DNA of 64,000 nucleotides from Takakia lepidozioides (Eukaryota > Plantae > Bryophyta), in NCBI GenBank assembly GCA_030704615.1, contig CM060734.1:3844001-3908000 (forward strand). Direction: 5' to 3'. Under the pieces are notes generated by a model, which ran no database searches, had not been told where the DNA came from, and worked only from the letters and a program-made list of their open reading frames with translations. The translations under genes were made by a program, and so were the position numbers. Shown here one piece after another: positions 12,601 through 23,389 of this stretch (the stretch's first letter is position 1; each line of letters begins with the position of its first letter).

Positions 12601-13399
12601 GTTAGTCACATTGCTCCAGAGTTCCTTTTCTGTGCATAGGTGGACAGCATACTGCAGTTTGCTCGTCCAGCTTTGTTCTAGTATGAATCTTGACAGCACA
12701 TGCTCATGTATAATTCTCTCTCTCTCTCCCCGCACACAGCCCAGAGTGACAGGCAGAAGCCTCCTGTGCCCTGCACACATCCCATCCCTGCTACAAAACT
12801 AAAATCAATAACTTGGCAATGGGACTGTTGAGCTTGCATGGAGGCGAGCGCCTCTCTGAGTTCTTTAATGGCAGTTGTGGGAAAATAAGTTTATACTAGT
12901 GTTGTGCGGGTATATAGTTTTAGACATACCCCCCAGGTCCGAGTAATATGTTATAAACTTGTCCGGGGGTTGTTGCATGCGACGCGCAGGGGTGGCAACA
13001 GGCGTCGCCCTGGGGTTGTTTCATGCGACCTCCAGGGGTGGCCTACTATTTTGCATTGAATTGGGGGTGGATTTTTGTTTTTTCCCTGGTTTTCTTTTGG
13101 GGTGTTGGGGGACCTCACCATAGGCTATTTCTCTTGCAGGTGCACAAGTTTGGTTTAGTGCATGATCATTATGAGCAAGCATGAATTGAGGGTGAGCTCG
13201 GTGCGGCACAAAATAAATACGAGGTGAAAGATGGAAATATATTTACAAGCAATAAGCGTACATGTTTTGCCCACAAGGGTTCAGACGTAGGCTGACTCCG
13301 TGATCTAACTCTGACTACGACTACTCATCCTCGGAGTCATCAAAGTCATGGCTATCCGATGAGCCTGATGATGACTCCGTGGAGGATACTCTATCGCTA

Positions 13400-13881
13400 G
13401 CACCCGGCCGGCCCTATACCGGAGGCCCTGAACTCCCACAAAGCTCTCATCCACTCCCTGGCATGCATGATCCCCCCCTCATCCATACTAGTGCCCTGTA
13501 GTGATGCACTGACCCCCTCCAAGTGTGCCATGTTGGTCATGAGGGATTTCCAATCACCGGCGGTCTATCTCCTTCACAAACTCCCGCCTCTTGCCAAAGT
13601 CTTGTTCTAGCCACTCAATGTGCCAAGGGAACCACCGCAATGTGAGGTCGAAGGCCTGCTTCTTCATAACCTCCCAGTACTCACCACAGGGGTCACCATG
13701 CATATTGACCTCCACCGGTGGCACCACAACCTTGGCCAAGTCCAGGTCTCTTGCCCCTCGGGATTTTTTTTTTTTTTTTTTTTTTCCAACCTTTTTTTTT
13801 TTTTTGCATCCTCCTTCCCGTGCTCCTTTGTTACCCCACTGCCCTCCCCCGCATGCCCATGAGTCCTTTCATCTCCACGGG

Positions 13882-13912
<31 letters not shown>

Positions 13913-14389
13913 CTTCTTCTCGTGCCCCTTCTCGACAACTATCTCCTTCCCCTTCCCCAGTACTTCATCTCTCTCATTCTCCCTCTCCCTTCTCTCTCTC
14001 TCGTCGGCAACCCCTTCATTGATGGCAAAAGGGACCTCGCGAGTTCGAGCTCTCTTCTTCTTACCTTTGGTGTTTGGGTCCTTCACGAACACCACGTGCC
14101 CTTCCTCATTGGCAACCTCACTGGGGTGCACCAATGAGGCCAAGTATGCCGCTGCCTCCTGAAAGACAGATAATTCCCCCAAATTAAAAAAAAGAAACAA
14201 ACAACAAAGAAAAACATGCATGCAAAGCAAATGACAAAACATGCAATGGGCAAGGTGCGACGGATGTACCTTTGCAACCTTGGCCGACTCGCCCCCGATG
14301 TCACCCGATGTGGGAGGAGTCCCCGCTGCCGGAAGTCCCCGCACTACCCCCTCCCGGAGCGACGATGGAAGTAAATTCCACAACACCAT
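13400..14389 (-). pseudogene. Spliced, frameshifted K/E-rich gene remnant, possibly a DNA-transposon accessory ORF
   Basis: Apparent GT..AG intron at ~14160-14269; (AGA)n microsatellite and poly-A tracts break the frame; no recognisable domain. Confidence 0.3.
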
Positions 14390-16789
14390 AAGCCCCGGCG
14401 GCGCCTGTCAACCATTAATGCACCCCATTAACAGTTGCATACTTAATTTAGGGTTCGTGTTAGACAGAGCTAGGTTAGGTCCCGAAGGCGCCGCATAGCC
14501 CAAGGGTGCTGCTAGTGTGGATTATAATTTTTCTATGTTATAAGGGTTGCGTTTGTAAATTGTAACCAACAGTTAGTACTAACTCATTGACGTATTTACG
14601 AAAACAATAGTCCAGAAATAAGTAATGCGAATGTATAATTACCCCTCGGTTTATAAAGGGTTATGGTTATTTTAGAGGAGAGATATTCTAGTGTAAATAT
14701 TAATTATTCAGTAAACAACAACAAATTAATTTCAATTGACCAACTTTAATATATATATATATAGATGTTTAAAATATAGAGATATTGATTTATTTAGGTT
14801 TTACTTGTACCCATTAATTTAGGTGAGTCGAGAATATATAATCAATTAGATCATTCTAAGGAAAAGATCAGAGAATCAAAACCAACTATAGGGAAACCAA
14901 CTATCTAAGCGATAAGTCCCTCAAGTTATATTCAAAGCCAACCTGCCTATCTAAGTACTTATAGGGCTGTTAGAAAGATTCTGAACAGAGAAACAAAACT
15001 AAATAAATTGCAACTAGCAGGAGTTGAACCCCAACCCGGAAGTATATAAACTACCAGACTAGCCATCCAACTAACCTAGAGATATTGTTATAAGAGGGTT
15101 TCTTTTAGTTATTTAAACACAATAGTCAAATCTCACTCTTTCATATGGTCTGGCAGTTAGAATTCCCTGTTTTCAAAAATTCATAAGTCTCTACTAGATT
15201 CTTCAATTCACTTGCTGTAAAACAGAAGCTCTAACCTAAGCTTTACTCAACAAGATCTTGGAATTAGTTTGTGAATCGAGGTCCATAAAAAGGGTTTAGC
15301 TCAAATCGTTCAAACATATATGTCTTTGCAGAATCAGTGCCATGGATATGACTCTCGGAAATTCTGCTAGCATATACTGCCTACTTCATAAATTAATATC
15401 TCTTAACCCAGGCAATAATTATTAGAACTACAAACTTCTAGTGCTGTAGTAATCTTAATTTTATGACTAAAAGAAGACTCCACTCAGATATCTTACTAGC
15501 AGAAGTAACTAGATCAAATCATATCAGCCAAAAATAATTCTACACCATAGACTTTGTTGCTCCAGTTTAAAAACAACTACTTTCAAAACTTCTTATTTTA
15601 TGATCTCTGGCTCTGATCTGGCTAATCTTAGGTCTTATTGGAAGTATTAGCCTTATTCTCTGCTATCAACAAGAACTAGCATATAAAACTTTCAAGAACA
15701 TATTCTAAAGCAGATCAATTTTCTATAAAAGAAATGAGAACCCTTCCCTACTTGAAAAATGACAAGTCCCCAACATTTGCAATTGTGTGCCAGTGTAAGA
15801 AAAACTGATTTCAAAAATTAATTTCTGAGGATACAAGGCTCTGATTTCACTAATGTTAGGTTCTATTGGGAGAATTATTCTTATTCTTTGCTATAAAAAA
15901 GAACTAGCATGAAAATAGGTCAATAAGACCCCACTAGAGTAGATCTATTTTGCCAACAAATGAGCAGAATCCTAAAGCCAAGGACTTGAAAAGCAAAACA
16001 AGAACTGGACGTCCTACCAGCCCTTGTCTAGATTACTTGACACTCCGAGAGGGTTGATCAGATCAAGTCATCACTTCACTCAATTACAAAGTGGAAAGAA
16101 CTAGATACGATTGCAAATTTTGAACAAAATAGTTGTAACTTCGAGTCCATCGCTCACTACTACTGATTTTCTCTCCATCTTTATGCTCTCCAACTCTAAC
16201 GGCTGCCCTCTACCGTGCTCTCTACATCGTGTTAGTCGCTCACTGGTACTCTCTCGATTGATACTACTTGCTTCCCACTCCCCCAAGCCTCATTTTATGC
16301 TTCTGTTGGGCCAATAAGAAAATTAGGAATTAATAATTAAATTTAATGGGAAGCTTGTTGGCCAAGCAAACCTGGATACTTCTGATTTCATCCATCCTGG
16401 TAATGTCATCTCTTTTGCATCCATCCTATAAATTCATCCAGCCTGTGCTCTCTCATCCGTCCGCTGATTTCATCTATTTTCATTCTTCTTCATAATTTTC
16501 ATCCATCTGTAATTTTCATCCATCCAGAGACATGACCAACTTAAGTTGGTACATGACCAACTTACATTGATACATGAGCCGTTTTAAGTCCTCATGAATG
16601 TTGCTCCTCATCCATGTCATTCATCCGTTTGGGAAGTGGGGATCGCTACCCTTGATCAACCAATATCCAGCGGTTCACATTTATCCTTGTTTTCCCATTA
16701 GCTCCTTTTCCCGTGCTATGTTGAGATCGGGGAGAGGTTCTCATGCTTGAAGTAGCGAGTTGTAGCGCTTGATTGCTTTGAGAGTCGTC

Positions 16790-17320
16790 TATTGGTGAGA
16801 CTTCCAATACAAATAGACATATTTGTCCACATTTGATGAGTCAAAAAGACATCGATCTTGAATCATTCTTGGCGTTGAAGACTATTCGTTGAGTTCTAAA
16901 TCATACCTCCATACCATGTAGCCTTTAGGGTACTGTCCGCAAACCAAAAGCTGAGTTCTTGTAACTGCCGAATCATTGTCAGAAACTTCAAAGGTATAAT
17001 CCACAGGGTAGTCTAACAGACAACGCCAACGCGTACTAACGGAATCAAACGCCCACCACTTCCGTGCACTTATGAGAGGCTGTACATTGTGTGCAGGCCC
17101 AGCCAGCATGTAAATCCATTCCTCCTTGATCCCTACCCGTTTGATGTCGTTGCAGCCTTCGTCATCAACCACCGCTAGCGCATTCTGCCATTTCTTACAA
17201 CCACCTTTCAACGGTAAATAATAAGAGCGAGGCACCCGTGCAACGCATTCTAGTGTCACATGGTCTATTAATCCCGGAATCAAGAAGTTGTCCTTCGACT
17301 AGTCCTCCGGCTTTGCCATT
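16790..17320 (-). pseudogene. F-box/kelch-repeat protein fragment
   Basis: LIPGLIDHVTLECVARVPRSYY..CKKW (F-box), EEWIY, WWAFDSVSTRWR, SDNDS..TQLLVCG, VWRYDL, then a stop and MIQDRCLF. Confidence 0.8.
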
Positions 17321-19390
17321 GCTAGAATTCCATTTTATTTATGATTTCTTACTATGATTTCGTACTAAACTTCATAAAATATATACTAATGTATATAAAA
17401 TGTGCTATTCTAAATTATGATCCGAAAAATTGATCGACAGCGCCCCGTAGTCCAGGCCCTTCTTTCCTGACCGCTCAGACTCTCCGGGTGTCGTCGCTGA
17501 CCGGCTAGGCTCTCCACCAGCCCCTACCCCCCCCCCCCAAAAAAAAAAACTCTTGGCTACGGTGAGGCCCCTTTCCAACTCAGCCATCGCATCGGCATTC
17601 CTCCTCAACTCCTCCCTTAAGGGAGACAGTGGGATAGGAACGAACACTTCCGGAGGCCCTCGAACTTGACCTTGGGCCTTGGCAAGTGCAGCCTTCGCTG
17701 TGGAGGAAGGGGTCGCTACAGGGCTGAGATCCAAAAGCTGCCCATACCGGGTCACCGAACGGGTGATGCGCTTGCCAAGGTACATTTCAGCCGGCTTGGT
17801 GGCCGGGGGTGTGCTGAACTGAGCCACGGGAACTTTATCCGGCTCAGCAACAACCTCCCGTGTAGGGGAACTGGCTGAGCCGGCCCCTGGCGCATCCAAG
17901 ACGGGGAGAATGGGAGGGGGGGGACTGGCCTCAGGTTGTGGGCGAACCCGGGCGACACGGCAGTCAATGGGGCTGGTAACCCGTGAGGTGTCAGCCCGCG
18001 TCACACATCCCGGGATATGAAACGGGTTCACCGCGCCTTTCTTTGGGGCAGGGGACTTCTTCTCTTTCTTCATACTCCTGGCACCTGTCATGCAATGGAG
18101 ACATTAGGCCTTTGTGGAAACAACCTCTAATTCCAGATCAAAAAAAAAAACAAAGCATGTATGTCCCTCTCTCCCTCTCTCCCTATCTCCCATCAGGATG
18201 TGGAGAGAGAGGAAGAGAGAGGGAGTGCTGAGGGACAAAAAACAAAAAAGAAGGTGGGTGGGTGGAGTGACAAAGCAGCAGCCCCTCTCTCCCTGTCTCT
18301 CTCTCTCTCAACCGCTTCTGTTTGCTGTTCAAAGGTAGGCTTCCTGCCCTTCCCCTGTAAGCCCTAAGAAGTTGAGAAACGGGGAGGGAGGAAGAACCTA
18401 CCTCAAACACCCGCCGCCGCTGCTACTGACTGTCTGGCGCGCGCAAGCACCCGCGTCGTCCCCCACCGCTCTCCCTCGTGGTGCCCGTTCCTTTGCTCCC
18501 CGCCTGTGCATGCTCATAGAAGAGAGAGAGAGAGGGTGTGAGTGAGGATCAGAGAGGGTAGGCTTTTGGGTTCCAGAAGCAAGAGAAGGATGGAGGGTGG
18601 CATACTTGCGAAACGTTGGAGCTGGTCGCGCGGCGCGGGAGCTGGCGCTTGGAGCTCGGGCGCGGGCGCTTCAAAGGTGCGTTTCTCCTCCACCCTAAAC
18701 CCTCTCTCACCTCCTATTTGGTGCGCACTACAGCTTGGAAAAGAGGGGGAGAGTGCTGCAGGCACTTAGGCAAAAACAAAACGAAAAAAGGGCGGGGTGC
18801 GCGATCTTGCGACGCCCGGCCGTCGCAAGTGGCGCCCCGCCAAATGGGGCGTTTCCTAGCGACCCCCCTGCGTCGCAATCAAAAAAACCCGTCGCAGTGA
18901 CATGCTGCCCTGGACGTCGCAAAGAAACGCCTTCCCTCAGCCTTGTAAGGTAGGCAAATAAGGGGTCATTTTTGGGTTTAGGGTTTAATGGTTTTGGGGT
19001 TCTTAGGGTTTTTCTTTTCTTTTCCTTAAGGTACTGGGGTAGGGTATTTTTTTTTTTTATAGTGCTGGGTTTTGGGTTTTGGATTATAGGTTTTGGTTTG
19101 CAAAGGATAGACGTTAATTAGGATTCACATATCCAAAAAGTGCGCAAAGCACTGGGTCTTACTAAAGTTTTCCATGGTGTGGGCAACCTGAAGAGAATAT
19201 CATTTTGGGTTCGTTGTCCTGGGTTCTCTCACCAGAGGGATGCTCTGCCTCTATTTATCAATTTGAAAGTCCCCTCTTTGCTGAGGCAAATGCCCAGGCC
19301 CTCCGGGAATGTGGCCTGGTCTTTTTGGGATTTTTTTTTTTTTTCTTTATAGGAATGAAAGAAATGGTGGTGTGTGTTAATTAGGATGCG

Positions 19391-21317
19391 ATGGTGAGGA
19401 ATCATCGACCTATTGACCTCGCGGACGGGTTTGCGGTACGACACCCGGAATGGCAACCATTGCATACCCTCGGGCATGGACAGCAAGGCATGTTGCACCT
19501 GATTCAGTACGGGACAACAAACGCAATCGTAGAAGGGACCGGGGGAAAATTTCAGGTGATGCGGAGGATGTTGACACTCCGGGATCGAGTCGGGTGCGCC
19601 GCGGGTTGCCCCCTCGCGGACCACCCCGTGGTGAGAGCCCCAGCACGTCCACCTTTGACACCCCCCCCCCCCCCCCCGACAGGATGGAGTGCTGGTGCAC
19701 AGAGTGTTGGGCACCACCGAGGCGGCGACCGCATGTTGTCGAAGAACATTACAGGCTGAACAAGATTGCGAATGCGGCGAATGTGAGTCTTTTTCCACCC
19801 CCTCTCATTAACGTTCATTCATAGTACATTTGATATATTTAATAATATAGTATGATTGGTAAACTACGACATAAGTATTGATGCATTGTATATTACGCAT
19901 ATTGCAGCCACGACTTGATGCCCAAGATCGCAATCACATTGCACATAGAGGCATTTTGCGCCGGTGTGCTTGTACAATTTGTGCCAGAGCCTGTGCCCGA
20001 TGTGACCAGTTGGTTCCCCCAGCATGAGATATATGAGATGCGTAGGGTTTCGGGGTATCGTAGATGTCGCAGGCGTTATGGCCGCCCCCCCCCCCCTTGG
20101 CGGTGTCCTCAGGCGGTCCCCCTGATCCGGTGTCATCATCTGATGATTCTCCGCGCCCTACATGCAGTAGCAGCTTGCTTGCCGATTGTGGGGGCCCCCT
20201 CCCGTCTGTTTCTTTGCTTGATCCGCCGCCGGTTCTACCTCCGGTTGTACCCCCAGACGTTGTACCCCCGGATGTACCTCCGGCATTACATCCTCAACCA
20301 CCTCCACTTTCATCTCTTCCGCCACCAGTACCACCTCCACCTCCACCTCCACGTGCATGTGGCCCCCGAACCCTTAGGAGGCATTGGCTTCGCCCTAGGT
20401 ATCCTCCCCTTCGGCTTGGGAGGCCTGAGGATCTTATCCCTTGATGGGAAGCGCATAAGACTATGTTACTGAGGACCGTTCAGCCTCGTTGTTGGGGGAA
20501 TCATCTCGACCCTCCTGTCCTCATCGGAGAGAATGTGGAGTTCGAGTATTGGGGGGGACGGTATGTTGTGAGAACCGCTACTGACCCTGCTATGGGTCGG
20601 GGTTTATTCACAGTCAATGATATTGTGGTTCCTCGCGGGAGCAACAGCGGACTTGTTTCCCTACTACGGTCCATACTACACCTCCGGAGAGTTCCGTACA
20701 TTACGCCTCAAAGCCCCATATATCCTACCCTACATTTTGTGTGTCAACGGACAGGATGTACGTAGACGGGGGCTACTCCCATTGAGATCAGATTTTGTGA
20801 TGGTGACCCCGATATCTTCGGCAATGTTGCTGGGCTGGTCAACATTTCTTTTGGTCAGACAACCAGCATGTAGCCCAGTGGTAATGGGCACATACCACGT
20901 TGGATGTGGTTGTGGGTTCAAACCACGATCTGGTGTGTCATGAAGGTATCCACCTTTCAGCTGGAAGGCAGTAGCCCTTGTGGTGAAGAGACACCATAAG
21001 TTACGCTCCCTTCGGGAAGCGTCATACTTCTTTTTTCTTTTGATCGTCCTAGAAGAACCAATGTAGTATGGGACGAGCGAAGCAATGGGCATGAGAGTTT
21101 TTGTGGTCATACGTTGGTATACTGTGAGGGGATGCACAAGTTTGAGATGACATGTGCTAGTAGGACTATTAGGGCTGGCACCGAGCTATTTGCATCATAC
21201 GAGTTCTCCCGGGATGATCGGGACCTCCGGTTACAGCATGAGTGCGATGTGTATGATAGAAATAGGGTTGCTTTGAGACAGGGGTCGCGTAGAGGGGCAT
21301 TGTATATATTATCATGA
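19391..21317 (+). pseudogene. Degenerate gene: CxCxxC..H zinc modules, Pro-rich linker, C-terminal SET domain; interrupted by a SINE
   Basis: CWCTEC..VVEEHY; intron 19783-19907; CACTIC; SET motifs MGRGLF, LFPYYG, DGDPDIFGNVAGLVNIS, ASRTIRAGTELFASY; several frameshifts. Confidence 0.7.
20854..21033 (+). mobile_element. tRNA-derived SINE, full length, with 9-bp TSD
   Basis: A box TAGCCCAGTGG, B box GGTTCAAACC, T-rich tail; TTTCTTTTG at 20845-20853 and 21034-21042; second copy at 38477-38615. Confidence 0.9.
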
Positions 21318-22445
21318 TGTACTTTGTATACATTCGATTAATCGATTGATGCAAATATCTTTTCTTGTTGCTCGTGCAGGTTGTCACTTTGCATATGTGA
21401 TCTGAACATACTTATGCACATGTGGACCAAATATGAGCTTGAACCAAGTTCATTCAATGGGTCATTCAAGTGTTGAACGCAGCTACGTGTCATAAAGACA
21501 AAACACTGTGTTTCGCCTGCACATGATTTTTTTTTAATTCCATTTTCAAGCCATATGCTTAATGACAACATATGCAATGTGCGTGCAAAATTTGGGAGTG
21601 AACAAAAGTCATTTGGACCCAAAACCATATTTTCTTCTCTCATTTGCACTCCAAAGTTGAGTTATTTTCAACTTCATGCACTCTTCATAGAGAGTTTTGC
21701 AAAAGTGACCCTAGAAATACTTTTTATTTATTTTATTTATTTTTTCATTTTTGTTTGGTCCAATTTTTGGCATGGATGTAGTGGTGCAAACGCCAATGTC
21801 ATAGAACAGAATAGAGCAAAAAATAAAATCATTACGCCCCTCAAAACCGCAATCCTATATTTTCTAAATGCAAATATTTATTTTAAATTCATTTAAATTC
21901 GATTTAATTCAAAATTGGTTCAAGGGTGAGTGCTTTGTTGGGGAGGCAAATGTTTTTTTTGGTTGAATCTTTGCACATGTGTTGCACACATAATCAAGCA
22001 CGTGTGGGAAAAAATGAAGCTTGAGCTACATCCATTTGATGGGTGCAATGGCATAAGAGGATTTTCTTTCACAATAAACAAAATTGGTAGATAGGGTGAA
22101 CGCGTTCTTGGGGGGGCAGATGATTTTGTTTAGGTTTGAAACTTTGCATGCGTGATGTTGCACACATACATGTAATTACTGAATGACATATTTGATGCAT
22201 GCACACATTGAAGGTTGTTGTTTACATTTCGCTTATAATAAGTTGTATTGTTGCAAGGACACATTATAATATATGCCCATATGTTCATTTGTTCATATCA
22301 GGACTTTGTTGTTCCCTTCCCGGTCCTTTCTCTTGGCACCCCATCCGAAACAACCCAAGTACATCAGGTGGGAGCCGTGGGCGAGAAGCCCCCCCCCCAT
22401 TGTTGATAAAGTGTCGAACGATGATGGCGAGGACAATGACAGTGA

Positions 22446-23129
22446 TGTCGTGCGCATACATATCGCTACACAACTACATCGCTGTCCAAAACCACACAAC
22501 ACATGTGCACGCCACACATTAGTATACCACTAGTCCAGCCACTAGTCTAACCACTAGGCTACAACTAGTCAGTCACTAGGCTGCCACTATGTTGCCCACT
22601 ATGGAAGTCACTAGTCCACACAATGATAAAAAGAAAGAATACAAGCACAAGTTCATGTGAGCTCACAAAGCTGAAGCTTAAACTCATGCATATATAAACT
22701 CATCACTCAAATACAAGTCAAGCCAAGTGCACCCCACGCCATGGGGAATCCACACTACGGCGCCATAGCTAGGCGCGGTGAGGCTCAACTCGAGAAAGAT
22801 GAGACTCCCGCACTTGCCGTGAAGATAACCACTCCAGGGCCTAAATCTGCCTTGACCCCTAGATTGACACTTGGGCAAATCCCAAATGTCAATATGTAAA
22901 AGCTAGCTATTTCCTAGCTAGTTTCACACTAGTGGTAAAATAACTTGACAGTTGTCGTGCACATACATATCGCTACACAACTACATCGCTGTCCAAAACC
23001 ACACAACACATATGCACGCCACACACTAGTATATCACTAGTCCAACCACTAGTCCAACCACTAGGCTACAACTTGTCAGTCGCTCGGCTGCCACTATGCT
23101 GCCCATTATGGCAGTCACTAGTCCACACA
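22446..23129 (-). repeat. A-B-A composite 3' terminus of family 1: A 22446-22622, B 22624-22950, A' 22953-23129, each TG..CA bounded
   Basis: A and A' (~177 bp) are diverged direct repeats TGTCGTGC...GTCCACACA; B matches 5052-5378. Confidence 0.9.
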
Positions 23130-23131
23130 AT

Positions 23132-23141
23132 CGCCCCCCTA
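23132..23141 (-). promoter_or_regulatory. Polypurine tract
   Basis: Minus strand TAGGGGGGCG-AT-TG directly before A'. Confidence 0.75.
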
Positions 23142-23389
23142 GCTGGTGCTTAGGTCCCTCTAAGTCCAGGTAGCCACAAGATGTGATAGTGACCATAGCC
23201 TCACTAAGTCCTCCACCACTGTCCCTACTACACTCAAACTCGATAGATCAAGAGGCCGGGTGCAAGAGTTGCCCCATCGTTAGTCGTCGTCTTGCAACCT
23301 GTGAACTTGAGCCTGGGATCTCGTGTATTGACTCCTATGAGCTCGGCCTCCTATGTCTTGTTAGCTGCCTCTAGTCATGTCCACTGCCA

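Noticed and set aside
15010-15080. tRNA gene on the minus strand
   Set aside because: A/B-box-like motifs are present, but I could not fold a convincing cloverleaf; at most a tRNA-derived relic.
14516-16370. Possible solo LTR or AT-rich TE
   Set aside because: Could not define matching termini, a TSD or a second copy.
17405-18091. 228-aa Pro/Ala-rich ORF as a gene
   Set aside because: No recognisable domain; low complexity; ends through homopolymer runs.
18970-19100. Interstitial telomeric array
   Set aside because: Only one or two TTTAGGG-like units within degenerate G/T-rich sequence.
22624-22950. B as a solo LTR inserted into another element
   Set aside because: Flanks (CACAA and GTTGT) are not a 4-6 bp TSD, and an insertion would not duplicate 177 bp.
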